Of a stretch of DNA of 64,000 nucleotides, positions 48,262-58,339 are shown one piece after another. The DNA is taken from contig OZ245006.1 of assembly GCA_965223545.1 (NCBI GenBank), positions 4,096,001 through 4,160,000 of the forward strand, written 5' to 3'. Positions within the stretch are counted from its first letter, which is position 1. The number at the start of each line of letters is the position of its first letter. Origin of the DNA: Planctomycetota bacterium (GTDB taxonomy: Bacteria; Planctomycetota; UBA1135; UBA2386). The translations under genes were made by a program, and so were the position numbers. The notes under the pieces are model-generated. The model searched no databases and was not told where the DNA came from. It saw only the letters and a program-made list of their open reading frames with translations.

Positions 48262-50256
48262 GTGCCTGCCCGATCGACAGACAATAGATTGGACTCCGTC
48301 GCCGAGACGTCGAAGCCGCCGCTCGAGGTCGCGCTGGTCGGCCGGCAGAACACCGGCAAGACCTCGCTGCTGATGCACCTGACCGGCACCGCGCAGCGGC
48401 CGGTCAACTTCCCCGGTAGCTCGGTGGAGCGCGTACTGGGCCGCCTCGTCGTCGAGGGGCGTCCGCTCGAGATCTCCGACTTGCCCGGCATCTCCTCGAT
48501 GCGCGGCGTCAGCCCGGACGAGCAGGTGAGCCTCGAGTTCCTGCGCGGACCGGCGACCAACCGCGTCGTGTGCGCGGTGCTCGACGCCTCCAAGCTCAGC
48601 GTCGAGATCGGGCTGCTCAAGCAGGTGATGGGCCTCGGCCAACCCGTCGTGGTCGCCCTCAACAAGAGCGATGTGGCGCGCGCCGAGGGGCGCGAGGTGG
48701 ACACCGCGGCGTTGGCAAGCGAGCTCGGCATCGCGGTGGTCGAAACCGATGGACTGCGTGGCAAGGGCGTCGCCGAGCTGTGCTCCGCGCTGGTCGCGGC
48801 CGCCGACGGCGGTGCATGCCGTGTGCCGGAGTCGAGCGCCGACGCCATCGCGGCGCGCGTGCAGGCGCCGCCGACCGCATCGCGGCGCACGGCGAGCGAT
48901 GTCATCGACTCGATCGTCCTGCACCGCATCTTCGGGGTTCCGATCCTGATGCTCGTCACGCTGGGCATGTTCCAGGTGGTGTTCACGGTGGCGGACCCGT
49001 TCGTCACCTGGATCGAGCAGCTGCAGGACACACTGACGTCGGCGATCTCGTCGGTGGTGCCGCGCGGCGCGCTGCGCAGCTTCATCAACGACGGGCTGGT
49101 CAACGGCGTCGGATCGGTGCTGGTGTTTCTGCCGCAGATCGCGCTGCTGATCGCCCTCGTCACGCTGCTCGAAGCCAGCGGCTACATGGCGCGCGCGGCG
49201 TTCATTCTCGACCGGTTGTTGCGCCGGTTCGGTTTGAGCGGCCGCAGCTTCGTGCCGCTGACGACCTCGTTCGCCTGTGCCATCCCCGGCATCTTGGCGA
49301 GCCGCATCATCACCAACGAACGCGACCGGATCGCGACGATCGTGGTCTCGCCGCTGATGTCGTGCTCGGCGAGGCTGCCGGTGTACGTCGTGCTGATCGG
49401 CGCGTTCTTTCCGGTCGGCTACCGCGGCCTCACGCTGTTCGGGCTCTACTTGTTGGGCATCGTCACCGCGGTGATCGTCGCACTGATCCTGCGCCGCACG
49501 GTGCTGCGTGGACCCGAGTCGCTGTTCATGATGGAGCTGCCGACCTATCAGCGGCCGTCACTGCGGGTGATCTGGTCGCAGCTGCGGGCGGCGTGCACCG
49601 AGTTCATTCGGCTCGCCGGCACCGTCATTCTGGTGACCTCCGTCCTCATCTGGCTGCTCAGCTACTACCCCAGACCGGCGCACATCCACGAGACCTTCGA
49701 AGCGCGCCGCGCAGCCGTGGCCGACGAGCCCAACCCGCAGCGCAAAGCGCGCCTGATGCTCTACTACGAGCGCCGGGAGCAGGCGGTCTATCTGCGCCAG
49801 TCGTACCTGGCGACCATCGGCAAGACCATTCAACCAGTGTTCGCGCCCGCCGGCTTCGATTGGCCGATCACGGTTGGAGTGTTGGCTGCGTTTCCGGCGC
49901 GCGAGCTGATCGTGCCGACTCTCGGCATCCTCTACAGCCGTGGGCGCGTGGACCCGGCGGAGTTCGATCTCGATGCCTTGAACGCGAAGGCCGAGCCAAC
50001 CGGCCTGCGCGGCAAGCTCCGCACGGCGAAGCGCGACGGCGGCAGGGTGCGCTCGTTCTCGACCCTGGTCGCATTGTCGTTGATGGTGTTCTTCGCTCTG
50101 TGCAGCCAGTGTGTGGCTACTTTGGGCGCGATCCGCCGCGAGACTCATACGTGGCGCTGGCCATTGTTCACGTTCGTCTACATGACCGGTTTGGCTTGGC
50201 TGGCGGCGGTCGCGGTCTATCAGACCGGCCGCGCGTTCGGATTCGGCCCCGATTAG
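48262..50256 (+). CDS. feoB: Ferrous iron transporter B
   Basis: G1 GRQNTGKT, G3 DLPG, G4 NKSD; SGYMARAAF, MSCSARLPVY, ELP.Y. Confidence 0.93.
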   Translation: MPARSTDNRLDSVAETSKPPLEVALVGRQNTGKTSLLMHLTGTAQRPVNFPGSSVERVLGRLVVEGRPLEISDLPGISSMRGVSPDEQVSLEFLRGPATNRVVCAVLDASKLSVEIGLLKQVMGLGQPVVVALNKSDVARAEGREVDTAALASELGIAVVETDGLRGKGVAELCSALVAAADGGACRVPESSADAIAARVQAPPTASRRTASDVIDSIVLHRIFGVPILMLVTLGMFQVVFTVADPFVTWIEQLQDTLTSAISSVVPRGALRSFINDGLVNGVGSVLVFLPQIALLIALVTLLEASGYMARAAFILDRLLRRFGLSGRSFVPLTTSFACAIPGILASRIITNERDRIATIVVSPLMSCSARLPVYVVLIGAFFPVGYRGLTLFGLYLLGIVTAVIVALILRRTVLRGPESLFMMELPTYQRPSLRVIWSQLRAACTEFIRLAGTVILVTSVLIWLLSYYPRPAHIHETFEARRAAVADEPNPQRKARLMLYYERREQAVYLRQSYLATIGKTIQPVFAPAGFDWPITVGVLAAFPARELIVPTLGILYSRGRVDPAEFDLDALNAKAEPTGLRGKLRTAKRDGGRVRSFSTLVALSLMVFFALCSQCVATLGAIRRETHTWRWPLFTFVYMTGLAWLAAVAVYQTGRAFGFGPD

Positions 50257-50312
50257 GGGGACTTGCGAGGCGCGTCGTCCCGCAGCACACTCGAAACACC
50301 GTGGACTGGCAC

Positions 50313-50438
50313 GTGACTTGGCAGGATCCAGTGGCGCTGGCCGCCGCGGCGGCCACGGTTTGGCTGGCGTGGCGCGGCATGCGGAGGCGTTCGGCGTCCG
50401 GCTGCGATCGCTGCCCGATGCGCGAGCAGCACCGCTGA
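50313..50438 (+). CDS. FeoB-associated Cys-rich small membrane protein (41 aa)
   Basis: MTWQDPVALAAAAATVWLAWRGMRRRSASGCDRCPMREQHR: TM, basic patch, CxxC, right after feoB. Confidence 0.6.
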   Translation: MTWQDPVALAAAAATVWLAWRGMRRRSASGCDRCPMREQHR

Positions 50439-50443
50439 TTTCG

Positions 50444-51667
50444 ATGAACTCTCGATCCACGACCGCCGTTCGCAGCCGCATCGACCGTCGCCCACCGAAG
50501 AGAAGTCGCCGGCGCTCCACCGGCGGTTTGCCGATCTCGTTGAAGGTCGTCCTGCCGTTGTTGTTGGCGGCGGGCGGTGGCTACAAGGCGTGGGACGCGT
50601 GGGCCGCGACGCGGGCGACCATCGTGGTCGTCGCGGCGGAAGCCGAAGCGCCGCCAAAGGGCGAGATCGAGTTCTTCGCCTACGACGATTCGGGTGCGGC
50701 GCGCTCGCCTGGCGAGTCCATCGGGCGGCTCGCATTCGACGGTGGTCGTGCCACCGTGGGGCCCGATCTGGTGCCGGGCACTGCATTGGCGCGGGTGAGC
50801 GTCGATGGCTTTGGCGTCAGCTACGCCTTGATGCGGGCGGGCGACCAGGTGCGGTGTGAGCTCGGCTTTCCCCAACGGCTTGCCGGTGAGGTCTTGGATT
50901 CCGGCGGCGCGCCGGTGGCCGAGGCGGCGGTCCTGGGGCTGGGCGGTGGGCCGCACGGTGTCCTGTTGGCCGAGGCTGTGACGGACGCCCGCGGGGGCTT
51001 CACCCTCGGTGGCTTCTCGGCGTCCGTCGACACCATCTACGTGCGAGTGCTGGCGCCCGGGCACGCAGTGGCCGGCGTGGAGTGGTGGCTGCGCGGCGAT
51101 CAGGCGCGGACCATCGAGCTGCAGCGAACGTCGCCGGTGACCGGCCGACTGGAGTCGTTTGTCGACGGGCAGCCGATCGACGGGGTTCGACTGCAGGCGC
51201 ACCAGCTGCCCGGGGTCGCCGTGCAGAGCAACGCCGCCGGCCAGTTCACGATCGATCATCTGCCCCGCGAGCAGCGCGTGCGCTTGATCGCGACATCGCT
51301 GCCGCCGTCGATCACCCACCCGGAAACTGTCGTGGTCGCGGGTGCGCGCGCGGTGCAGCTGCCCTTGTTTCGCGCGGCCCGTCTGCGCGGTCGCGTGATC
51401 GACGCCGGCACCGGCCAGGCGATTCCCCGCGCCCGCGTCGTGCACGATCACGGCCCCCGCGGCGGCGAGACCGCGATCTGCGACGCGCTGGGAGAGTTCG
51501 AGATCGGTGCCCTTCCACCCGGCCGCATCGCGTTGCGCGCGCTCATCCCAGTGCCCTCCCGCGATGCCGCAGGCCGCAGCCGAACGCGCTGGCAGGAGAC
51601 CCCACACGTGATCGAGGTGATCGACGGCCAACCACCCGCCGACATCGAGATCCGCATCTATCGATAA
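50444..51667 (+). CDS. Membrane-anchored carboxypeptidase-regulatory-like (CnaB-type) repeat protein
   Basis: TM; repeats GEVLDSGGAPVAEA, TDARGGF, GRVIDAGTG. Confidence 0.7.
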   Translation: MNSRSTTAVRSRIDRRPPKRSRRRSTGGLPISLKVVLPLLLAAGGGYKAWDAWAATRATIVVVAAEAEAPPKGEIEFFAYDDSGAARSPGESIGRLAFDGGRATVGPDLVPGTALARVSVDGFGVSYALMRAGDQVRCELGFPQRLAGEVLDSGGAPVAEAAVLGLGGGPHGVLLAEAVTDARGGFTLGGFSASVDTIYVRVLAPGHAVAGVEWWLRGDQARTIELQRTSPVTGRLESFVDGQPIDGVRLQAHQLPGVAVQSNAAGQFTIDHLPREQRVRLIATSLPPSITHPETVVVAGARAVQLPLFRAARLRGRVIDAGTGQAIPRARVVHDHGPRGGETAICDALGEFEIGALPPGRIALRALIPVPSRDAAGRSRTRWQETPHVIEVIDGQPPADIEIRIYR

Positions 51668-51753
51668 GTACGGAGTCAGACTCGATTTTCTCGCTTCGCT
51701 TCGCCCCGCCGCTCCCCTTGCCGGCCCGTGGGGTGTGAGCGCACGATGGGCGA

Positions 51754-52308
51754 ATGCGACCGATCCCCCACGCGTCGTCGCCCTCGCGACGGCGCACCCT
51801 CCTCGTCTCGGCGGCACTGCTGGCGGCGGCTGCGAGTTGGCAGGATCCCGAGCGGCCGCCGCCGGTGCCGCAGCCTCCCGCGGGCGCAACGCCGCTGCCG
51901 CCCGTGCGGGACGCGCCGCGCACCGCGGTCGAGCGCGAGGATCTGCTGCAGGAGTTCGCGCCCCGGCACCCGATCGAAGGCACCTACGCGCTGCGCGCGT
52001 TCGTCGACGGTGCAGTCGTCGCCGCTGCGCGCGGCTATCTGATGATCGGCCGCCGTCACGTCTCGATCCACTTGCACTCGGATCGGGGAGATGCCCCGCC
52101 GGCAGTGCAGTCGGCGTTTCGCAGCTACGAGCTGGACGACGATCGGTTGGTCATGACCAGCCTCTTGGGTCTGCGCAACGAACTCGATGGGGACATCGTG
52201 CTCGAGCGGGCGGGAGCGATGCGCAGCGCGCGCTACCGGCTGATGGGGTCGAAGCTGTCGCTGCAGCTGGGCGGCGGCCGCGCCTTGGAGTTCGACCGGA
52301 TCGAGTAG
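51754..52308 (+). CDS. Hypothetical exported protein
   Basis: Hydrophobic leader, beta-rich body; no family recognised. Confidence 0.55.
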   Translation: MRPIPHASSPSRRRTLLVSAALLAAAASWQDPERPPPVPQPPAGATPLPPVRDAPRTAVEREDLLQEFAPRHPIEGTYALRAFVDGAVVAAARGYLMIGRRHVSIHLHSDRGDAPPAVQSAFRSYELDDDRLVMTSLLGLRNELDGDIVLERAGAMRSARYRLMGSKLSLQLGGGRALEFDRIE

Positions 52309-52324
52309 CCTTTTTCGAGCGGTC

Positions 52325-53887
52325 TCAGCGGCGGCGGCGCAGCAGCTGGCGGGGATCGGGTCCACCGATCGCGACCAGGAACGCGCCGAAGGCGAGGCCA
52401 CCGGCCACCACCGGCAGCGCGATCAGCAGAGCCCCGCGCGCCCAGCGGAACTCGGGCGCGGGAATGCTCTGCACGGCGAACACCACGAGCGCCATCGCCA
52501 CCGCGGCCGCGGCGACGCGCAGCAGCCACGGTGCCATCACCGGCGGCACGGTGCAGCGTTGCGCGACTTTCCGTGCCAGCAGCACGGCGTTGAGGGCCGA
52601 GCACGCCGTGGTGGCCAGCGTCAGCCCGGGCACACCGAGGCGCAGCACACCGACGAAGATCACGTTGAGAAGCAGGTTGCAGGGCACCAGCCAGGCCGCG
52701 ACTCGCGCCGGCGTCGCGGTGTCGCCGAAGGCGAACAGAACGCGCGCGTACAGCTGGGCGACAGCCAGGAACGGCAGACCGATGACCAAGCACACCGTCG
52801 TCCGCGCCGACCACCGGGCGTCGTCGGCGTCGTACTCGCCGCCGACGAAGAACACTTCCATGAAGTCGCCGGCGATCAGGCACAAGCCGAGCGCCGCGGG
52901 CACCGAGAGGGTCAGCGTGGTGCGCAACGTCGCCCCGATCCGTGACGACAGCTGCTCGAGCTCGCCGCGCGAGGCGTGCACGGCAAACTGCGGGAACACC
53001 GCCGTCGCCAGCGCCAGCCCAGTCAGGGCGTGGGGGAACAACAGCAGCCGGTTGGCCATGTAGACGTGGCTGTTGGCGCCGGGTGCGATCCAGTAGTAGG
53101 CGATGGCCTGATCGAGCAGGGTGTTGATCTGCAGCACCGACATGCCGACGAGGGTCGGCAACATGCTGCGAAACACCGCGCGCGCCGGATCACCGGGCGG
53201 CGGCCACTGCGGGCGGCCAAAGCCGCCGATGCGCCACAGCAGCCAGCCGGTGCTACCGACTTGCAGGACGCCGGCGCCGATCAAGAACAGCGCCGTGATG
53301 GTGACCGCCGCCGCGGGATCGTCGGGGTGCAGCGCGCAGCCGACCACCAGGCCGCCGATCCACGCAATGTTGAGGACCACGGGCATGGCGGCGGGCAGCG
53401 CGAACCGGTCGTGCGCGTTCAGCGCCCCGCTGTAGACCGCAGTGGTGCAGACCAACACGACGTAGGGGAACAGGATCGCGAGCAAGCGCGCGAGCAACGC
53501 GCCGCTCTCCGCACCGCTGACGCCGTTCGCCTGATCGTCCGCCAGCCAGTGCGCAGGGATCATGCACACCGTCGCCACGACCAACACGGCCAGCGCGGTG
53601 AGTCCGACGATCAACGCCCCGGTCACCGACGCGAGCAGCCGCCGGGCGCGCGCTTCGCCCTCGGCGTCGAGGGTGCGCGAGTACGCCGGGATGAACGAAG
53701 CCGACAGGGCGCCTTCCCCCATCAGCCGGCGCAGCAGGTTGGGCACCATCCAGGCGAGGATGAACGTGCCCATGGTCCAGCTCGTGCCCAGTAGCCGAAA
53801 CATGAACACGTCGCGCACGAAGCCCAGCACGCGCGACAGCAGAGTGAACGCCGAGACCGCCGAGGCGGCGCGCAGCGTGCGACTCAC
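52325..53887 (-). CDS. murJ: Lipid II flippase MurJ
   Basis: SRVLGFVRD, PNLLRRLMGEGALSASFIP, ANRL..FP; GTGA overlap with upstream gene. Confidence 0.93.
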   Translation of the reverse strand: MSRTLRAASAVSAFTLLSRVLGFVRDVFMFRLLGTSWTMGTFILAWMVPNLLRRLMGEGALSASFIPAYSRTLDAEGEARARRLLASVTGALIVGLTALAVLVVATVCMIPAHWLADDQANGVSGAESGALLARLLAILFPYVVLVCTTAVYSGALNAHDRFALPAAMPVVLNIAWIGGLVVGCALHPDDPAAAVTITALFLIGAGVLQVGSTGWLLWRIGGFGRPQWPPPGDPARAVFRSMLPTLVGMSVLQINTLLDQAIAYYWIAPGANSHVYMANRLLLFPHALTGLALATAVFPQFAVHASRGELEQLSSRIGATLRTTLTLSVPAALGLCLIAGDFMEVFFVGGEYDADDARWSARTTVCLVIGLPFLAVAQLYARVLFAFGDTATPARVAAWLVPCNLLLNVIFVGVLRLGVPGLTLATTACSALNAVLLARKVAQRCTVPPVMAPWLLRVAAAAVAMALVVFAVQSIPAPEFRWARGALLIALPVVAGGLAFGAFLVAIGGPDPRQLLRRRR

Positions 53888-54906
53888 CGCCGCGCCCTGC
53901 GCAACCGAACGGCGAGGTGCCAGGCGACCAGGCCGCCGACGATCGCGGCGCTGGTCCAGTGCAGGATGCCGATGTGCTCGTGCTGGTGGCCGGCGCGGGC
54001 GGCGGGCGCGATGCCCCATGCTGCATAGATCGCGTCCAGCAGTGCCCCGAAGGCGAGGCTGGTGATCGCGATCGTCGCGCAGTAGACCACGGCGGCGCGC
54101 CGGCCGAGCATGTTGACGACCGCGCTGATGGTCATCAAGTTGGTCGCCGGCCCGGCGAGCAAGAAGACCAGGGCGGCGCCGGGCGAGAAGCCGGCGACGA
54201 TCAGCGCCGCGGCGATCGGCGTCGCCGCGGTGGCGCAGACATAGACCGGGATGCCGAGCCCGAGCAGCACGAGCATCTGCACGAACGGCGATCCGATCGC
54301 GGCGGTCACGGCGGTCGGGACGTCCAGCCACACGGTCAAGGCGGCGGTGATCAAGATGGCGGGCAGGAGGTAGACCGCGACCTCGGCAAACAAGTCGTCG
54401 AATGCGTAGCGGAGTCCGCCCCTGATGCCACGCGCGTCCCCGGTGATGTCTTCTTCACCGTGCTCGCAACATCCGTCGGCGCTGTCGGCGGCAGTCTGCG
54501 GGGGCGTCGAGAGCCGTTCGACCGCGACTCCGCTGGCGATCGCGGTGATCAGCGCGGCGACGGGTCGAAACACCACCATCAACGGATGCAGCACGGCGAC
54601 GGAGGTTGCGATCGAATCGACGCCGGTCTCCGGGGTGGCGACCAAGAACGACGCGGTGGCCCCGCGGCTGGCGCCGCGCTTGCGCAGCTCGACCGCGACC
54701 GGGACGACCCCGCACGAACAGAGCGGTAGGGGAATCCCGATCGCGGCGCCCGCGACGATGCCCCGAAGGCCCGTGCCGCCGAGAGCACGCGCCATGATGC
54801 GCGGTGGTACGAACGCGTGCAGCAGGCCGGCCACCGTGAACCCCAGCAGCAAGAAAGGGGCGAGGCTCGCGAGCACCTCGATGAAAGCCTGGAGAAGCGA
54901 AGACAC
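53884..54906 (-). CDS. SO_0444/ArsP (DUF318) family metal permease
   Basis: GIPLPLCSCGVVP, ATPETGVDS, YVCATAATP, GPATN. Confidence 0.88.
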   Translation of the reverse strand: MSSLLQAFIEVLASLAPFLLLGFTVAGLLHAFVPPRIMARALGGTGLRGIVAGAAIGIPLPLCSCGVVPVAVELRKRGASRGATASFLVATPETGVDSIATSVAVLHPLMVVFRPVAALITAIASGVAVERLSTPPQTAADSADGCCEHGEEDITGDARGIRGGLRYAFDDLFAEVAVYLLPAILITAALTVWLDVPTAVTAAIGSPFVQMLVLLGLGIPVYVCATAATPIAAALIVAGFSPGAALVFLLAGPATNLMTISAVVNMLGRRAAVVYCATIAITSLAFGALLDAIYAAWGIAPAARAGHQHEHIGILHWTSAAIVGGLVAWHLAVRLRRARR

Positions 54907-55101
54907 TGGGTGCTGGGGAGGACTCGGAACGCTGTTCCAGGGAGCACGGGGCCGTGCACGGGCCACTGTTAGAATGGGCTCGCCCGCCGGCCTTTCCAAG
55001 ACCCATCCTCTCGCCGCCCCCGTCCTGATGCTCAGGCTCTCGCCTCTCCTCATGCCCTGTCTCGCGGTTGCCCCTCGTTCTTGCAACCGCGGTGCGCACC
55101 G

Positions 55102-55749
55102 GTGAGCCGGCAGTCGAGCCGTCGCGTTTTCGTCGGCGACATTCAGGGATGCTTACAGCCGCTGCACGCGTTGTTGCGTGCGGTGGAGTTCCGGCCGGGG
55201 GTCGACCGATTGATGCCGGTCGGCGACCTCGTCGCCAAGGGCCCCGACTCCGACGGCGTGCTGGCTCTGCTGCGCTCGTTGGGGGCAGAGCCCGTGCTCG
55301 GCAATCACGACCTGAGCTGGTTGACGCGCGGCACCGTTCGCGACCCGGCGGATCGGGCATGGCTGCGCGCGCAGCCGGTGGTGCGCGTCGAGCCCGACAT
55401 CATCGTCGTGCACGCCGGTCTCCATCCGCATTGGCAAGAAGACCAGCTGCTGGAGTTGACCCCCGAAGAGATCGACTTCGCCGTCAACGTGCGCTACTGC
55501 GACGCAGACGGCCAGCGACCGGCGACCGATTGGCCACCGCCGGAGCCGCCGTTCGTGCCCTGGGACGAGCACTACCGCTTGTCCAAGCGCGTCGTCTTCG
55601 GCCACTGGGCACGGCGTGGCCTGGTGCAGACCGACCGCGTCGTCGGCCTGGACACGGGTTGCGTCTATGGCAAGACGCTCAGCGCGTGGATCGCCGAAGA
55701 AGACCGCATAGTCCAAGTGCCGGGGCTGTCCCCGCCACTCGTGCCATGA
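55102..55749 (+). CDS. ApaH-like metallophosphoesterase
   Basis: GDIQGC, GDLV.KGPDS, GNHD, HAG, FGHW, LDTGCVYG. Confidence 0.85.
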   Translation: MSRQSSRRVFVGDIQGCLQPLHALLRAVEFRPGVDRLMPVGDLVAKGPDSDGVLALLRSLGAEPVLGNHDLSWLTRGTVRDPADRAWLRAQPVVRVEPDIIVVHAGLHPHWQEDQLLELTPEEIDFAVNVRYCDADGQRPATDWPPPEPPFVPWDEHYRLSKRVVFGHWARRGLVQTDRVVGLDTGCVYGKTLSAWIAEEDRIVQVPGLSPPLVP

Positions 55750-55752
55750 CGC

Positions 55753-57228
55753 TCACACCCGCACGTTGTCGCACGACTTGGTGTGCGCCGGCACGCCGGC
55801 GATGTACGTGCACGTGAAGTTGAGCTCGGTCGCCGTGCCGTCGGTCCCGCCGGGCGCAGTCAAGTTGGTCAGCATGTTGCCGTGCAGCAGCGCGCGCGGC
55901 GTCGTTCCGCTGGCCTCGGCGACGACGATGCCCCATTGCAGGTTGGTGCCGTCTCCGCGCACCAAGTTGTTGGCGACGATGACCTCGGCGAAGTAGTTGT
56001 CGGTCCCCGCCACGATGCCGACCGGAGTGCTGGCCTCGATGACGTTGCCGACCACGACGGTCTGCGACTCGACCTTGAGAGCGGAAGGGCAACCGGTCGG
56101 GTTGTACTGTCGGTAGCACCCCACGCCGTCGATCTTGCGCAACGTGTTGCCCTTGCACACCGCCAGCCGTCCGCCGTTGTTCCAGTTGGTGATGTTGATG
56201 CCCCGGCCGGCCGATTCGACGACGTTGTCGGCGACGACCGCGGCGAACCCGTCGGCACTCAGTGACGACCCCGTCGCCTCGACCCAGATCGCGGTCTCGC
56301 CGCAACAGCTGCAGTTGTTGCCCACGAACTGCGTCGCCTCGCATTCGTTGGCGCGGAGTGCGGAGTACGCGCAGTTGTAGATCCGGTTGTTGGCCGCGAG
56401 CACGTTGTGGGCCTTGTAGAGGCTGACTCCGTTGCCGTAGGGCCCGAGTGTCAAGTCGGAGTCGATGTCGTGGATGTGATTGCCGGTGATCACCGCGCCA
56501 TCGACGCCGGGCGAGCTGTGGAAGATGCGGATGCCGTTGCCCTTGCGTTCGCCTGTCGATGTGGCTTCGACGCCGCACGCGGCGATCTCGTTGTCGGTGA
56601 TGTGGAGGTTGGAGGCGTTCTGCGCCCGGATGCCGGTCTCGGTGATGTCGTGGACGTGGCACTGGCTCACGGCACCTCCGTTGGTGCTGTTGAACCGCAT
56701 CCCCTCGCGCGCGCTATTGCGCACGGCGCAGCGCACGAAGCGGACGTCGTCGGAGCTGGCGATCTGCACCAGTCCGCTACTGTTGAACGCGACCCGGCCG
56801 CCGCCTGTGGCTTCGCGGCCGTCGAAGGTCAGGCCGGATACGGTGCACCCGGCGGTGCCACTCGGCAGGTCAATGGTCAGCAAGTTGGCCGGCGTGCCGA
56901 TGCCCGCCAGGTGTAGGACGCTCTTGCCGGGCACGCCTTCCAGAAAGACGGAGTCGTCCACGCTGAGATTGCGCGCGCGGTAGTGGCCGGCGGGGAAGTA
57001 CACGACCTTGCCCTGGGACTCGGCGTCGTCGATTGCCGACTGGATCGCCGCGCTGTCGTCGGTCGTGCCGTTGCCGGTCGCGCCGTACGGGCTCTCCTTG
57101 ACATTGAGGCGAGTGCCCGGCGACGCGGGCGGGGGGGCGGCGACCTGCGAGCGCGCGGTCGTGCCGAGCACGGTTGCGCCCAAGAAGCCGGAAGATGCGA
57201 CGACGAGATCGCGGCGGTTGAGACCCAT
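55753..57228 (-). CDS. Tat-exported right-handed beta-helix protein (TIGR03808-like)
   Basis: Tat motif NRRDLV; YGATGNGTTDDSAAIQ...YFPAG; NNRIYNCAYSA, NWNNGGRLA. Confidence 0.8.
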   Translation of the reverse strand: MGLNRRDLVVASSGFLGATVLGTTARSQVAAPPPASPGTRLNVKESPYGATGNGTTDDSAAIQSAIDDAESQGKVVYFPAGHYRARNLSVDDSVFLEGVPGKSVLHLAGIGTPANLLTIDLPSGTAGCTVSGLTFDGREATGGGRVAFNSSGLVQIASSDDVRFVRCAVRNSAREGMRFNSTNGGAVSQCHVHDITETGIRAQNASNLHITDNEIAACGVEATSTGERKGNGIRIFHSSPGVDGAVITGNHIHDIDSDLTLGPYGNGVSLYKAHNVLAANNRIYNCAYSALRANECEATQFVGNNCSCCGETAIWVEATGSSLSADGFAAVVADNVVESAGRGINITNWNNGGRLAVCKGNTLRKIDGVGCYRQYNPTGCPSALKVESQTVVVGNVIEASTPVGIVAGTDNYFAEVIVANNLVRGDGTNLQWGIVVAEASGTTPRALLHGNMLTNLTAPGGTDGTATELNFTCTYIAGVPAHTKSCDNVRV

Positions 57229-57359
57229 GGGTACCTCACGGAGTGGAGGGAGTTGGCGAGAACCCGACCAATGGGCGAGCGGACGGAGTGCAAGCGGGCC
57301 GACTTTTTGTCGCCGTTCTCGAACCGCGACTGCGGACGGCGGGCACCATTGACTCGACG

Positions 57360-58289
57360 ATGGGCTCGAGACCCGACCACGCCGACCTCACCTCCCACTT
57401 CGAGTTCGCCCGCCGGCTGGCGGCGCAGCTCGTCGGTGATACCGACCGCGACGATGTCGCGCAGGAGGCGATGGCAGCGGCCCTCTCCAAGCCGCCGCGG
57501 GATCCCGGCGCGGGGCGCGCGTTCGTCGCCTCGATCGTGCGCCGAGTCGCCGGGCGCACGAGACGCCGGCGGAGTCGGCGGCAGCGTCGGGAGCGCGCGG
57601 TCGCGCGGCCGGAATCGGTGTCGGCGGCCGACGAGTTGGCCGCGGCCATGGAGTTGCATCGGATGGTCGTCGACGAGGTCATGCAGCTGCCGGCGCCCCA
57701 GCGTGAGGTCGTGCTGTTGCGATTCGTCGAAGACCTGTCGGCGCGGGAGGTGGCGGCTCGCTTGGGCCTTCCACTGGAGACCGTGCGCACGCGGCTCAAG
57801 CGCGCTCTGGCTCTGTTGCGTGGCCGCCTCGATGGCCGGATCCGAGACTGGCGTGCGATCCTCGCCGGTCTGCTGACCGTGCCGCGCGAACGGTCGCCGC
57901 GCGGTGTCCCCGTTTGGCTGCCGATCGCCGGGGTTGCGGTGGCTGCCATCGCCCTCCTCGGCCTATGGCTGGTTGCGCCCACCGATCCTGGGGCCGGCGC
58001 AGGGCCGGCCGCCCCCGCCGAGCCTGCCGGCTTTCGCCTCTATGTCAACGTGGGCCGAGATCAGATCGAGCTTCTGGAACAGGTCACGGTCCGGGTGCGC
58101 GACGGCGATGGGCTGGTGGCCGAGCACCGGATCGTCGGGCGGGGGCCGTACTGGATCGAGGTACCGGGGCCGGGGGCGTACTCGGTCCAGCTGGCGGAGG
58201 TCAGCGGGTATGCGCTGCCACAACCAGTCGCGGTCGTGGTTCGGCCCGCAGGCTTGTCACACACCGCCGTGGACTTGCGAAAGACCTGA
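57360..58289 (+). CDS. ECF sigma factor with C-terminal TM helix and extracytoplasmic domain
   Basis: DDVAQEA; region 4 LSAREVA...ETVRTRLKRA; TM WLPIAGVAVAAIALLGLWLV. Confidence 0.8.
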   Translation: MGSRPDHADLTSHFEFARRLAAQLVGDTDRDDVAQEAMAAALSKPPRDPGAGRAFVASIVRRVAGRTRRRRSRRQRRERAVARPESVSAADELAAAMELHRMVVDEVMQLPAPQREVVLLRFVEDLSAREVAARLGLPLETVRTRLKRALALLRGRLDGRIRDWRAILAGLLTVPRERSPRGVPVWLPIAGVAVAAIALLGLWLVAPTDPGAGAGPAAPAEPAGFRLYVNVGRDQIELLEQVTVRVRDGDGLVAEHRIVGRGPYWIEVPGPGAYSVQLAEVSGYALPQPVAVVVRPAGLSHTAVDLRKT

Positions 58290-58339
58290 GGAGCTTGGGC
58301 GGCGTGGTTGTTTCTGTTGACTGGAAGGAGCGAAGTTCG

